Shown here in pieces: positions 18,800 through 29,304 of a stretch of DNA of 64,000 nucleotides. Within the stretch, counting starts at the first letter, position 1. Every line of letters starts with the position of its first letter. The notes under the pieces were generated by a model. It ran no database searches, had not been told where the DNA came from, and worked only from the letters and a program-made list of their open reading frames with translations. The stretch is taken from assembly GCA_045590935.1 (NCBI GenBank), contig JAZNSA010000018.1, positions 1,512 to 65,511 on the forward strand, read 5' to 3'. This stretch comes from Clostridia bacterium (lineage in GTDB: Bacteria; Bacillota; Clostridia; UBA1381; UMGS1253). Both the position numbers and the translations under genes were made by a program.

Positions 18800-19681
18800 C
18801 TATGCACGTGGATGTGCCTTTTGATAAACTTCTTTAATTTTATTTTTCATCAATTTCGAATACACCTGAGCAGATGAAATATCACTATGCCCAAGCATTT
18901 CCGAAACAGATTTTAAATCCGCACCATTTTCAAGCAAATGAGCCGCAAAGCTGTGTCTTAACGTATGAGGCGTTATATCAACTCTTATATTAGCCGCTTC
19001 CTTATAAAATTTTACAATTTTCCAAAAGCCTTGCCGTGTCATTCTTTCTCCGTTCACATTAACAAAAAGTGCCCTTTCACCAGCATCCTTTATCATAAGG
19101 CTCCTTGCTCTGTTCATATAATCGGCAAGTGCTCTTTGCGCAATGCTTCCAAGCGGAATAACCCTTTCTTTTCCGCTTCTGCAATGAACAAATCCCATAT
19201 CTAAATTCAAGTCTGTCATATCAAGATTAACAAGCTCGCTGACTCTTATTCCCGTTGCATATAAAATCTCAAGCATAGCTCTGTCTCTTATTCCTTTGAG
19301 ATCGTTTTTATTTGGCTGAGCCAAAAGCCTGTTAATTTCTTCCGCCGTTAGTATATTCGGAAGAGCTTTTTCGCTTTTCGGAACATCAATTCCCTCAGTT
19401 GGATTTTCCCGAACAATTCCCCGATTTGTCAAAAAATTAAAATATGCCCTGAGCGATGCAATAAAGCGAGATATAGTTGAACCCTTTTTTCCTTCTCTTT
19501 GAAGCTTCATAACATAAGTTAAAACAACCGTCTTATTCGCCCTTTTAATATCTTTTACATTCGTCTCCAAAAGATACTTTAAAAACTTGTCCACATCTCT
19601 GCAATATGACATAAGCGTTCCGGAAGAAAGCTTCTTTTCTGCACACAAATATGCCAAAAATTCTTCTTCGTATGTATTCAC
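18800..19681 (-). CDS. xerD: site-specific tyrosine recombinase XerD
   Basis: Catalytic regions ATGIRVSEL, HTLRHSFAAHLLENGADL and LGHSDISSAQVY. It lies next to spoIIM, as ripX/xerD does in Bacillus. Confidence 0.85.
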   Translation of the reverse strand: MNTYEEEFLAYLCAEKKLSSGTLMSYCRDVDKFLKYLLETNVKDIKRANKTVVLTYVMKLQREGKKGSTISRFIASLRAYFNFLTNRGIVRENPTEGIDVPKSEKALPNILTAEEINRLLAQPNKNDLKGIRDRAMLEILYATGIRVSELVNLDMTDLNLDMGFVHCRSGKERVIPLGSIAQRALADYMNRARSLMIKDAGERALFVNVNGERMTRQGFWKIVKFYKEAANIRVDITPHTLRHSFAAHLLENGADLKSVSEMLGHSDISSAQVYSKLMKNKIKEVYQKAHPRA

Positions 19682-19771
19682 AGTTAAACTATCCCCCCTC
19701 TCAAAAACACTCTCTATTATATCTATTCTATATCATTTTTTTCAATTTGTACAGTGTTTTTTTTATTTTTT

Positions 19772-20380
19772 TTAAACTTTTTTTAAACACCACAATATAA
19801 TGTGTGGCGAAACAAACCCCTCTACAAGGCAACCGCAAGCAAGCATAAAAACGGGGATTAGACAGATTGAATAATACGTTATAACAGAGCGTTTTCTTAA
19901 AAGCTTGTCAAAGCAATTTGAAATATATTTGCTCTGCTTCGCAGTTTCAACAGACAAAATAATAATTGCACAAATATATATAATTGTTTGAGGAACAATT
20001 CCGCCCGCAACAATTAAAATTCCAATCCGTCCGTATGCTGAAATTATTAAACAGCTCGTAAAGCCATAGGCAACCGCGCGAACAAAAACATATACAGGGC
20101 TTAAAAAGCTTCCTATCGAAAAGAGCGAAAAAACAAAAAAAATCGCACAAACCAACGCATTATTGCCAAGTGCATTTATAAATATTTTTTCTCTGCTTAC
20201 GGTTTTTATTTCAAAAAATATTTCATATAGCCTTTCATAAACAAATTCACTGCCTTTTAAATACAAAAACAAAAATCCACCAGCCGCAACACCTATAACG
20301 ACAAAGCATAAATTTATAAGCACCCTTTGTCTGTTGTTTCCAATATAGTTAATACCTCTTCTTCGCTTTAGTTTTTTCAT
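19772..20380 (-). CDS. spoIIM: stage II sporulation protein M-like membrane protein
   Basis: 202 aa with multiple TM segments, the size and neighbourhood (xerD) typical of SpoIIM. The family call is from memory. Confidence 0.65.
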   Translation of the reverse strand: MKKLKRRRGINYIGNNRQRVLINLCFVVIGVAAGGFLFLYLKGSEFVYERLYEIFFEIKTVSREKIFINALGNNALVCAIFFVFSLFSIGSFLSPVYVFVRAVAYGFTSCLIISAYGRIGILIVAGGIVPQTIIYICAIIILSVETAKQSKYISNCFDKLLRKRSVITYYSICLIPVFMLACGCLVEGFVSPHIILWCLKKV

Positions 20381-20492
20381 ATCCTTCCTCCCACACTTTT
20401 TTGCTTATTTATATGCCTTAAAATATGTAAATATGTCTAATTGAAATATTTGCGGCATATAATTTATAAAACTAAAAAAGAGGGTTGATACG

Positions 20493-21491
20493 ATGCCTTT
20501 TAACAAAAATTTTTTGAAAAAAACAGTTGCGTGTATATTTATATTCTTAATGTTTTTCTCTTCTATAGAAAACAAAAATTTCAAGCCCGCCTACAATCCA
20601 AAAACAGATTATATAAAATGGTTTGAATTTAATATAACCTCCGATGCACTGAAATACTGTGCAAAGCTTGATATAGACTCGCTAAACTCTGAAAAAAAGC
20701 TTAATTGGATTGATATTTTAGTGTGCCTCGCTTGCAAAAACGGCAACAATTTTAAAAATTTCAAGCCCTCCCAAGCCGACGAAATTGCAAAAAAGCTAAG
20801 GGACGGCGCATCGGCTTACGAGGCAAGCGGTAAATCTGAGCTTTTTAACTATTACTACGACGGATATTACGCCGTATTAAAAGGCTTTATAGGCTACTAT
20901 AAGACTAATGTATCAGGCGAATATCAATTGAAATACGGTGTTAAAGCCTTTTCCCCAATCGCTGAGGGCTATAGCTACTCTCACTACAGAGATTTCGGCG
21001 CAAGCAGAAGCTACGGCTATAAAAGAAGCCATTTGGGAAATGATTTGCTTGGAAGCGTTGGCACGCCTATTGCCGCAATTGAAAGCGGAATTATAGAAGC
21101 TATAGGCTGGAATATGTATGGCGGGTGGAGAATTGGCATACGCTCAACCGATTCAAACAGGTACTACTATTATGCCCATTTAAGAAAGGATAAGCCATAC
21201 GCCAAAGATTTCAAGGTTGGCGACCTTGTAACCGCAGGTGATATAATTGGATATCTTGGAATGACGGGCTATAGCAAAACCGAAAACACAAACAATATCA
21301 ATATCCCTCATCTTCACTTCGGCATCCAGCTTATTTTCGACGAAAGTCAAAAAGACGCCAATTCCCAGATATGGATTGACGTCTATGATATAATAGAATT
21401 TTTACGCCCGCACAGCGTTACTGTAGCCTCGGACGGAAAGGGAAATATTTTTAGAAAATATAATATTATTGACCCTATGCTTTTTGAATAA
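20493..21491 (+). CDS. M23 family metallopeptidase (LytM domain), secreted
   Basis: N-terminal hydrophobic segment, then HLGNDL ... HLHFGIQ zinc-ligand motifs. Confidence 0.8.
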   Translation: MPFNKNFLKKTVACIFIFLMFFSSIENKNFKPAYNPKTDYIKWFEFNITSDALKYCAKLDIDSLNSEKKLNWIDILVCLACKNGNNFKNFKPSQADEIAKKLRDGASAYEASGKSELFNYYYDGYYAVLKGFIGYYKTNVSGEYQLKYGVKAFSPIAEGYSYSHYRDFGASRSYGYKRSHLGNDLLGSVGTPIAAIESGIIEAIGWNMYGGWRIGIRSTDSNRYYYYAHLRKDKPYAKDFKVGDLVTAGDIIGYLGMTGYSKTENTNNINIPHLHFGIQLIFDESQKDANSQIWIDVYDIIEFLRPHSVTVASDGKGNIFRKYNIIDPMLFE

Positions 21492-21493
21492 AG

Positions 21494-22249
21494 CTAAATA
21501 ATTGTTGTTCCTATATTGTCTATTACCCAGGCAATAGCATCTTCGTCGCAGCTTGGCGCAATTATTTTTGCTATTTCCTTTAGCGGCTCTATCGCATTTG
21601 CTACAGCGATTGGAATATCCGCCGCCGCAAGCATAGTCATATCATTTTCATAATCACCCATACAAATTATTTTTCTATCCTTATATACAGTTTTAATATA
21701 ATTTATACAAGCCCCCTTGCCTGCTTCCTTCAAAGTCATTTCAACGCCAAAGGGCCAGCTTCTCTCAAACGAATATCGCAAAGAATATTTTTCAATCATT
21801 TCCGCTTTGAAATCCAGCGCATCTCTTTCCTCTAAAAATACAAAAACACACTTATATATATCTTCTTCAAACTTTGGAATATTTTTTAAATCAAAGCACT
21901 TCTCTACCTCATTTTCATAAAAAACAAAAAGCCCCGTCATTTTTTCTGCGTATTTTTCCGATACCGCATCAAAAATTTCTGCACACTTTTCATCCATAGG
22001 ATTTTTATATATTGCCTCATTTTTTTCAAAATCGAATACAACTGTACCATTCATACATATAATTGGTGCGTTAATTGCCATATCGTATTTTTTAAAAAAC
22101 TCGGCTTGCCTGCCCGTTGCAAAAGCAAACATTCCTCCGTTTTCTTGAAAATACTTTATTTTTTCAAGATTTTTCTTTGATATCTCACCCTTAGAATTAA
22201 TAGCAGTGCTATCCATATCAGAATAAATAATATATTTATCAAACTTCAT
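21494..22249 (-). CDS. Cof-type HAD-IIB family hydrolase
   Basis: MKFDKYIIYSDMDSTAI (DxDxT) and GDYENDMTML. ATG 22249 has AGGAGAG upstream; the track start is further upstream. Confidence 0.8.
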   Translation of the reverse strand: MKFDKYIIYSDMDSTAINSKGEISKKNLEKIKYFQENGGMFAFATGRQAEFFKKYDMAINAPIICMNGTVVFDFEKNEAIYKNPMDEKCAEIFDAVSEKYAEKMTGLFVFYENEVEKCFDLKNIPKFEEDIYKCVFVFLEERDALDFKAEMIEKYSLRYSFERSWPFGVEMTLKEAGKGACINYIKTVYKDRKIICMGDYENDMTMLAAADIPIAVANAIEPLKEIAKIIAPSCDEDAIAWVIDNIGTTII

Positions 22250-22289
22250 TTTTTCTCTCCTTGCGCTCTGCAATTACAAACAAACTCAT

Positions 22290-22328
22290 AAAAAGTCTGC
22301 AACAAAATAAATTTCATTGCAGACCTTT
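22290..22328 (-). terminator. intrinsic terminator after ftsZ
   Basis: On the minus strand, ggtctgcaa / ttgcagac form a stem followed by a T-run, 15 nt after the ftsZ stop. Confidence 0.55.
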
Positions 22329-22342
22329 TATATATATCAAGC

Positions 22343-23449
22343 TTAGAAATTTCTATTCTTCAAAAATGGCGGTATGTCAACATTATCTATATCAAAATCA
22401 ATCTGAGATTTAATATTGTCGCCCAAATCTGCCGTTACGTTATCTGTACGGATTCCGCCTGAAGAAATCTCGCTGAAAATCTTAGCTGACGGCATTGCAG
22501 AATCAAATCCCGTTGCAACAACAGTAACTCTTATCTCATCCTCTAAAGCTTCATCAATAACAACACCGAATATAATATCCGCATCCGTATCAACAAGCTC
22601 ATTTGCAATCTGCATAACTTGATTTGCTTCAAACATACTAAGCTTCTTGCCGCCTGTTATATTAACAAGTACATTTCTTGCCCCGTTAATAGATGTTTCA
22701 AGAAGCGGGCTCTCAATAGCACCCTTAACAGCTTCAGCAGCCTTGTTTTCACCCGTTGCAATTCCAACACCCATATGAGCAACGCCTGAATTTTGCATCG
22801 TTTTCTTAACATCTGCAAAGTCTGCATTTATGTATCCTGAACCAACTATCATATCAGATATACCCTGAACGCCCTGACGTAAAATATCGTCAGCCATCAA
22901 GAAGGTTGCTTCAATTGTTGTATCCTTTTGGATTATGTTTAACAAATTGTCGTTTGGAATTGTCATAATAGCATCAACATTTTCCTTAAGCGCTCTTATT
23001 CCTGCCTCCGCCTTTGCCATTCTCGGACGCCCCTCAAACGAGAACGGTTTTGTTACGATACCAATCGTTAAAATGCCCATTTTCTTTGCAATGCCTGCAA
23101 TAACTCCCGCAGCACCTGTTCCTGTTCCGCCGCCCATACCTGCTGTTATGAACACCATATCTGCGCCCTTAAGCATTGCTTCAATTTCGTCTGCGCTCTC
23201 CTGAGCAGCCTTTTCACCAATCTCAGGATTTGCTCCTGCTCCCAATCCCCTTGTTAGCTTTTCACCGATTTGCAAAGTAAAATCAGCTTTTGAAAGCTTT
23301 AAGACCTGAGCATCCGTATTTACAGAAATAAAGTCTACACATCTAACACCCGCATCAATCATTCTGTTTACTGCGTTGTTGCCGCCTCCACCAACACCAA
23401 CAACTTTAATCTTGGCAACCTTGCCTTCCTCGATATCAATATCAAACAC
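22343..23449 (-). CDS. ftsZ: cell division protein FtsZ
   Basis: [13 protein letters not shown] and the tubulin signature [13 protein letters not shown]; 368 aa; GTG start with AGGAGG 9 nt upstream. Confidence 0.97.
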   Translation of the reverse strand: MFDIDIEEGKVAKIKVVGVGGGGNNAVNRMIDAGVRCVDFISVNTDAQVLKLSKADFTLQIGEKLTRGLGAGANPEIGEKAAQESADEIEAMLKGADMVFITAGMGGGTGTGAAGVIAGIAKKMGILTIGIVTKPFSFEGRPRMAKAEAGIRALKENVDAIMTIPNDNLLNIIQKDTTIEATFLMADDILRQGVQGISDMIVGSGYINADFADVKKTMQNSGVAHMGVGIATGENKAAEAVKGAIESPLLETSINGARNVLVNITGGKKLSMFEANQVMQIANELVDTDADIIFGVVIDEALEDEIRVTVVATGFDSAMPSAKIFSEISSGGIRTDNVTADLGDNIKSQIDFDIDNVDIPPFLKNRNF

Positions 23450-23473
23450 TTTCTTTTTCCTCCTTTTGTATAG

Positions 23474-23863
23474 TTATCTAAATTTATTTTTTTCGTCGTT
23501 TAATACCTCTGTATATATTGTACCTCTTTTTTTGTATTTATTCAAGAGAAATCTTCTAAATATTGAAAATTTTTTTAAAATTCTTACTCCAAACAGTAAA
23601 ATTGGTGCTAAACTAAGCTCAATTCCTATTAATTTTCCAATATATACCATTGCCGCCGACACAAATCCGTTAAAAATCAGACCTGTAATAAAAATTTTCA
23701 TATTAAATCTTTTTCTGCTTATTGACACTATCGCACCAACAACGCAATCCATAGCCGCCAAAACAGCTACCGCCATATACAAGCTATACGCAGGCGGAAT
23801 ATTTATATCAACAAAAAGGGCAAGCAAAATTCCGACTGCAATCCCAACAACAGCTCCAATCAT
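23474..23863 (-). CDS. sbp: small basic protein Sbp (DUF1290)
   Basis: 129 aa membrane protein with a basic tail, in the position between the DUF881 gene and ftsZ seen in the Bacillus ylxW-ylxX-sbp arrangement. Confidence 0.7.
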   Translation of the reverse strand: MIGAVVGIAVGILLALFVDINIPPAYSLYMAVAVLAAMDCVVGAIVSISRKRFNMKIFITGLIFNGFVSAAMVYIGKLIGIELSLAPILLFGVRILKKFSIFRRFLLNKYKKRGTIYTEVLNDEKNKFR

Positions 23864-24603
23864 TAATTTGCACCCTCTTTCGTATCAGCTTGAGCAAAGT
23901 CAGCTTTGAAGGCTCCGTTATATCTTGGAATTTGAATTTCATCGTAGACAGCCATCTCCAAATTTATACCATAATTTGCAAACAAATCCGCAACTCCGCC
24001 CCTCATATTAATTGCCGCTTCAAGATTTTTTTTATCGCCTATTGCCAAAATTTCAAAAGGCGGGGCAGTTTTTACTTCATTAATAGTTATAACAGGTCCG
24101 ACGCACCTGATTGCCGTAGTTGAAATAATTCTTTGCCCATTTATGCTAATAGCCTCAGCCCCCGCTGCCGCAAGCTCCGTTGCAACAAGCCTTAAGTCGC
24201 TGTCGTGAATAATAAAGTCCTCAATCTCCCCTATTCCATCCTGCGTTGAATCGCTTAAAACGAGCCTTATTCCTTGCCCCTTTAAATTAACAAGTCCCGC
24301 TAAAATCTCCGCTCTCCTCAGTTGATTTATAAGAGTAGCCTCATAGTCTCCGTTTTTTTCCGCCGCACTCCTATACTCTTCAACATCGTTTTGGGCAACA
24401 CCCAGCTGAACTATAAGGTCTGCATTCTTCTCTTTAAGAGCCGCATTTTCTTCTCTTAGTACCAATTGCTCTCTCTCAGAGGTTAAGGATATATTTTTCA
24501 TATTTGTACTTACGCTTTTGCATTGCAAAACAACTGCAAAAGCAAGCACTGCGCTTAGCACCCCAATTGAAATCTGCGCCTTTATATACTCTTTCTTATT
24601 CAT
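23863..24603 (-). CDS. DUF881 domain-containing division-cluster protein (YlxW/YlxX-like)
   Basis: N-terminal TM segment, a coiled coil, then a DUF881-like C-terminal domain. Its position in the dcw cluster is conserved. Confidence 0.75.
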   Translation of the reverse strand: MNKKEYIKAQISIGVLSAVLAFAVVLQCKSVSTNMKNISLTSEREQLVLREENAALKEKNADLIVQLGVAQNDVEEYRSAAEKNGDYEATLINQLRRAEILAGLVNLKGQGIRLVLSDSTQDGIGEIEDFIIHDSDLRLVATELAAAGAEAISINGQRIISTTAIRCVGPVITINEVKTAPPFEILAIGDKKNLEAAINMRGGVADLFANYGINLEMAVYDEIQIPRYNGAFKADFAQADTKEGAN

Positions 24604-24655
24604 AATTCATCCCCATTACAGCATATAATTACTATATATCTGCTGCTTCGCTACC

Positions 24656-25633
24656 CTACTCATTATTTTCACTTGCCTCGCTACTTCCTGAATTGCCTTC
24701 GGATGCATCGTGGCTTGTTTCATCTTCTTCATCTGAATTCGCATCTTCTTCGCTTTCCCCTGAAGCATTTTCAGAGGCTTTATCTTCGCCATCTACCTTC
24801 TCTCCCTCAGAAGGCTTCTTCTCCTCATCTTCCTCTTTCGGCTTTTCTTTTCCAAAAATCCTATCAGGCTTCAAATATGCATTGTTTGAAATCCTAAGGT
24901 CTATCGTTCCCATTTCGTTCGGTGCATTATGAGATATTGCAGCCGCAAGCATCGATACCTTATGCTCTAAATTCGTCTTATCGCCAAAGAGAATATCATA
25001 TCTGTTATCATATATTCCCTTAACGCTTAAATGGTCCCCAACATCAATAAGCGTCATTTTATCTTTTATGCCCGCTTTTTCCAACTCAGATATATACAAT
25101 AATATTATATCAAATTTTTCGCTATAGTCAATGTTTATTTTTTCTCCAAGCTGAATTTTTTGTAAATTAACGCCTTTTAACTCAAAAAGATTTTCAGGCT
25201 TTGTTATTGCAATATCAACAACCTCGCCGCCATCATCAAAAACAACGTAGTCTTTTTCGCCTTTAACATAGCCGCTCGCCTTTGATTCTACTATCTTTAC
25301 AACAACCTTTCCGTATATACGTCGTGTAATTTCCGCACTCTTTACATACGGCAACGCCTCAACTCTTTTTTTCATAAGCTTTTTATCTATAGTAAAAAAA
25401 TTCATATCGCTGTTAATTCCAAGCGCTGCCTCAACATCTTCAACCCTCACAATGGAAGCTCCCTCAACCGCAACACTCTTAACATTAAAAACGGGCGTTA
25501 AAATAGATGCAAGTGTTATAAGAAAAAAAGCAAGAACAATAAGCAACATAAACGAAAAAATCTTAAACCGTTTTCTTTTTTTCATTTGACGTTGTGTATG
25601 CCGTTTTGCAATTTCTTTTGTTTGTTCACTCAT
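24656..25633 (-). CDS. ftsQ: cell division protein FtsQ/DivIB with acidic low-complexity C-terminal tail
   Basis: Basic N-terminus, a TM segment, a POTRA-like region (VKSVAVEGASIVRVEDVEAALGI), and a tail rich in E/D/S/G (24656-24900). Confidence 0.8.
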   Translation of the reverse strand: MSEQTKEIAKRHTQRQMKKRKRFKIFSFMLLIVLAFFLITLASILTPVFNVKSVAVEGASIVRVEDVEAALGINSDMNFFTIDKKLMKKRVEALPYVKSAEITRRIYGKVVVKIVESKASGYVKGEKDYVVFDDGGEVVDIAITKPENLFELKGVNLQKIQLGEKINIDYSEKFDIILLYISELEKAGIKDKMTLIDVGDHLSVKGIYDNRYDILFGDKTNLEHKVSMLAAAISHNAPNEMGTIDLRISNNAYLKPDRIFGKEKPKEEDEEKKPSEGEKVDGEDKASENASGESEEDANSDEEDETSHDASEGNSGSSEASENNE

Positions 25634-25636
25634 TTT

Positions 25637-26890
25637 TTAATCACCTCTCACTCGTTGTATGTTTCCCCCAAATCCTAATATAACTCCACACAAATTTTCA
25701 TATCCCCTGTCTATATAACATGGGCTTTCTATTATCGTTTCACCCTCTGCTCCAAGCGCCGCAATAACTACCGATGCTCCTCCTCTCAAGTCAAGCGCAT
25801 CAACTCTTGCTCCCCTCAAGCCTTCCACTCCGCTTATTATGCAGTTTTTTCCTGCTATTTTTATATTCGCTCCCATTTTTGCAAGCTCAGCAGTATGGTT
25901 AAATCTATTTTCAAAAATATTTTCCGTTAGTATGCTTACTCCGTCCGAAGTAGCCGCAAGCGCCGTCATAATAGGCAAGCAATCCGTTGGAAATCCCGGA
26001 TGCGGTCCCGTTTTTGCAACAACCGCTTTAAGCCTCGATACATAGCTCACCCTTATGCCGTTTTGCTCTCTGTCAATTAGCGCACCCATATCCGAAAGCA
26101 TTGCCATAATAGGCCCAATCTGATTTTCAAAGCTCCCTTTTAGTAAGATGCTTCCTTTAGACGAAAGTGCACACGCCATATATGTTACTGCGGCAATCCT
26201 GTCGCAATCTATTTCAAATTCTACGTCTTTAAGACTTTTTGTTCCTTCAATATGTATAATCGAGCTTCCCGCACCCGAAATTCTTGCTCCCGCCGAATTT
26301 AAAAATCTTTGTAAGCACACTATTTCAGGCTCTTTTGCCGCATTCACAATGGTCGTTTTTCCATTTGCAAAAACAGCCGCAAGCATTGCATTTTGCGTCG
26401 CCCCTACGCTTGGAATTGCAAACACCATATCGCATCCCGAAGCATTACCATATATTTCTAAATATTCGTCATTACAAGTAACGTCAAATCCAAGCTTTTC
26501 AAAAGCGTCAATATGAATGTCAATCGGTCTCGCTCCTAGCCTGCATCCTCCCGGCATCGCAAGCTTAAGGCATCCGAATCGCCCCGCCAGCGCTCCCGCA
26601 AAAATGATACTGCTGCGTAGCCTTCCCGTTAAATTTCCATCAATCGTTTTATTTTTTAGCGTTGTTGTATCAATCGTTAAAACATTTTCATTCCAACTGC
26701 AATCTCCGCCTAAAAATTCTATAATTTCAACTGCCGCCATTGTATCGGAAAGCTTCGGGCAATTTTTCAGCACGCACCTTCCGCCAACGAGAACGCTCGC
26801 TGAAATTATTGGCAACGCCGCATTCTTCGACCCCTGAACAACAATCTCACCGCCAAGCGGGCTTTTTCCTTCAATCTTAATATAATCCAA
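25637..26890 (-). CDS. murA: UDP-N-acetylglucosamine 1-carboxyvinyltransferase
   Basis: 417 aa with GSKNAALPI and the catalytic-Cys loop PGGCRLGARPIDIH. TTG start with GAGGAGG 8 nt upstream. Confidence 0.93.
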   Translation of the reverse strand: MDYIKIEGKSPLGGEIVVQGSKNAALPIISASVLVGGRCVLKNCPKLSDTMAAVEIIEFLGGDCSWNENVLTIDTTTLKNKTIDGNLTGRLRSSIIFAGALAGRFGCLKLAMPGGCRLGARPIDIHIDAFEKLGFDVTCNDEYLEIYGNASGCDMVFAIPSVGATQNAMLAAVFANGKTTIVNAAKEPEIVCLQRFLNSAGARISGAGSSIIHIEGTKSLKDVEFEIDCDRIAAVTYMACALSSKGSILLKGSFENQIGPIMAMLSDMGALIDREQNGIRVSYVSRLKAVVAKTGPHPGFPTDCLPIMTALAATSDGVSILTENIFENRFNHTAELAKMGANIKIAGKNCIISGVEGLRGARVDALDLRGGASVVIAALGAEGETIIESPCYIDRGYENLCGVILGFGGNIQRVRGD

Positions 26891-26949
26891 ATTTGCCGCC
26901 TCCTCATATTATGAAAATAATACATAATATGCCAAGGCGATACTTTGTG

Positions 26950-28071
26950 CTACTTTCGCTTTTTTATCGCATATTTCTCAGCAAGCTCATAAATCTGCTT
27001 TGCGGCATCGTACTTCGCCATGCCTTTTGCCCTTTCTTCAAGCATACTCTGTCTATCAGGCAAATAAATTATTTCTTCTATTTTTTTAATCAAGCCTTCA
27101 ATTGTTAATTCTCTTTCGCAAACGACAACCGCCGCTCCGTTTTTTTCAAGAAGCCTTGCATTTGTTTCCTGGTGATTATGCGCAACATTTGGCGATGGAA
27201 TTAATATGCTTGCCTTTCCAAGTGCCATTATTTCGCTTATAGATATTGCTCCCGCTCTGGATATTACAACATCCGCCGCCGCCATAGCCTCCGACATATT
27301 GTATATATAATCGGTTACTGTAATATTACTGTATTTTGCAAGGTCGATTCCTGCCTTTTCAAATTCACGAACAACCTCATCATAATTTCTCGTTCCTGTT
27401 CCAAATAAAACAGAAACCTTCTTTCCGTTTGCTATTACGCTTTTTATATACCCTATAACAGCTTCGTTTACTCTCGTTGCCCCAAGGCTTCCGCCAAACG
27501 CCAAAACAAACGGCGTATCTCCGATTGCAAGAGACTCTCTCGCTTTTTCTCTATCTGCTCCCGCAACCTCAACTCGGATAGGATTTCCCGTCAAGGCACA
27601 CTTTTCTTTGTTTTTTAAAAGGTCAATCGTTTTCTCGAAGCTAACCGCAACGCAAGATGCATTTTTCTCACACATCTTTACCGTAACGCCCGGATACACG
27701 TTTTGTTCATGTATGATAGACGGAATTTTCATAAGGTGCGCCGCAGACATAACGGGTCCACTTATATACCCTCCCGTACATACAACAACATCGGGCTTAA
27801 ACCTCTTAATTATTTTCTTACATTCAAATATTGCCGTCATCGCTTTATATGCAACCGCAATATTTTTAAGAGTTAATTTTCTTTTAAAGCCCTCAACCTC
27901 AATAAATTCAATAGGAAATCCTGCTTTTTTAACAAGGCTCTCCTCCATATTTCCCTTTCTTCCGATAAAAAGTATTTCATTTTGCGAATTCTGCTCCATT
28001 GCTGTTGTTGCAATCGCCAATGCAGGATTGATATGACCTGCCGTTCCTCCGCCTGCGAGCAAAATTTTCAT
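26950..28071 (-). CDS. murG: undecaprenyldiphospho-muramoylpentapeptide beta-N-acetylglucosaminyltransferase
   Basis: LAGGGTAGHINPALA; 373 aa; dcw context. Confidence 0.93.
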   Translation of the reverse strand: MKILLAGGGTAGHINPALAIATTAMEQNSQNEILFIGRKGNMEESLVKKAGFPIEFIEVEGFKRKLTLKNIAVAYKAMTAIFECKKIIKRFKPDVVVCTGGYISGPVMSAAHLMKIPSIIHEQNVYPGVTVKMCEKNASCVAVSFEKTIDLLKNKEKCALTGNPIRVEVAGADREKARESLAIGDTPFVLAFGGSLGATRVNEAVIGYIKSVIANGKKVSVLFGTGTRNYDEVVREFEKAGIDLAKYSNITVTDYIYNMSEAMAAADVVISRAGAISISEIMALGKASILIPSPNVAHNHQETNARLLEKNGAAVVVCERELTIEGLIKKIEEIIYLPDRQSMLEERAKGMAKYDAAKQIYELAEKYAIKKRK

Positions 28072-28099
28072 AATCCAACAAATCCTTTCCGCAAAAAAT

Positions 28100-29281
28100 T
28101 TATTTACTTCCCAATTTTTTACACTGCTTTGATATGTTTAAAACAATGCCCATAGATGCAAGCAAAATAACAAGCGACGTTCCTCCATAAGAGAAGAACG
28201 GCAACGCTACTCCCGTTACAGGAACGCTCGACGTTACAACCGCAATATTTAAAACAGCCTGAATCGCAATAAGAGTTGTTATCCCTGTTGCGAGCAGTGC
28301 TCCAAAATTATCGGGTGCAGTTTGAGCAATACGGTATCCTCTCCATATAAGCATCACAAATAAAACAATAACAACCATTGCTCCAACCAATCCTAATTCC
28401 TCGCACACTATTGAAAAAATAAAATCATTATGAGGCTCAGGAAGGTACAAAAGCTTTTGTCTGCTCATTCCAAGTCCCAAACCAAAAATCCCTCCTGACC
28501 CTATGGCATAAAGAGAGTTCGCAATCTGATACCCCGTATCCGAAATATCGGCAAACGGGTCAAGAAACGCAAAAATTCTTTCCATTCTATATGGCGCAGA
28601 AGCAATTAATCCAACAGCAGCTGCTATAGCCGCTAATATAAGCCATAATATATGAATCAACCTTGCTCCTCCAACAATAAGAAGCACCAAGCACGCACCC
28701 GCCAAAACAACAGTGCAGCTAAAATGAGGCTCTGCCAACAATACAAGTGCAAAAAACGCAATAGTTGCTATATATGGGAATATTAATGTCTTAAACTTCT
28801 TTATCTTTTTTTTCTGCTTTGACAAGCTCGCTGCAAAATATATGATAACTCCTATTTTAGCAATCTCTGAGGGTTGAAGCGAAAAGCTTCCGTAACCTAT
28901 CCATCTTCTGGCATCATTTATAACCCTTCCAAACCCGGGAATATAAACCGAAAAAAGAGCCAGTGCAGAAATAACCAAAATTCCAAAAGCAAATTTCTCA
29001 TATTTATGATAATCAATTCTTGCAACAAAAAACATAACCACTATTCCTATAAAAGCAAAAGCTCCTTGCCTTAATATATAGTGATATTCATTCCCTTGGT
29101 AAGCGAGAGCAGTTGGCGCACTTGCCGAAAAAACCATTATCATTCCAAACAAAACCAAAATAAATATAACCGCAACCAAAGTAGTGTCATATTTTCTTGG
29201 CACTTTTTTCTTGCTCGGCTCAGGCTTTTTATCATAATTACTGTCTCTTTGGCTTTTTCCTTTTTTTACTGCAGCATTCAT
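28100..29281 (-). CDS. ftsW: SEDS family peptidoglycan polymerase/lipid II flippase FtsW or SpoVE
   Basis: Multi-pass membrane protein with LPEPHNDFIFS and FSYGGTS motifs. Confidence 0.9.
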   Translation of the reverse strand: MNAAVKKGKSQRDSNYDKKPEPSKKKVPRKYDTTLVAVIFILVLFGMIMVFSASAPTALAYQGNEYHYILRQGAFAFIGIVVMFFVARIDYHKYEKFAFGILVISALALFSVYIPGFGRVINDARRWIGYGSFSLQPSEIAKIGVIIYFAASLSKQKKKIKKFKTLIFPYIATIAFFALVLLAEPHFSCTVVLAGACLVLLIVGGARLIHILWLILAAIAAAVGLIASAPYRMERIFAFLDPFADISDTGYQIANSLYAIGSGGIFGLGLGMSRQKLLYLPEPHNDFIFSIVCEELGLVGAMVVIVLFVMLIWRGYRIAQTAPDNFGALLATGITTLIAIQAVLNIAVVTSSVPVTGVALPFFSYGGTSLVILLASMGIVLNISKQCKKLGSK

Positions 29282-29304
29282 CTGCTATCCTCCCTAATAC
29301 TAGT

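Noticed and set aside
23376-23909. Long track ORFs lie antisense to core genes, for example 23376-23909(+), 11174-11914(+), 2390-2959(+), 13373-13864(-), 15719-16177(-), 40258-40926(-), 62089-62610(+) and 17182-17535(-).
   Set aside because: They are shadow ORFs opposite well-supported genes. Their composition is low-complexity Ser/Pro/Ile/Phe rich, and they lack an SD and recognisable motifs.
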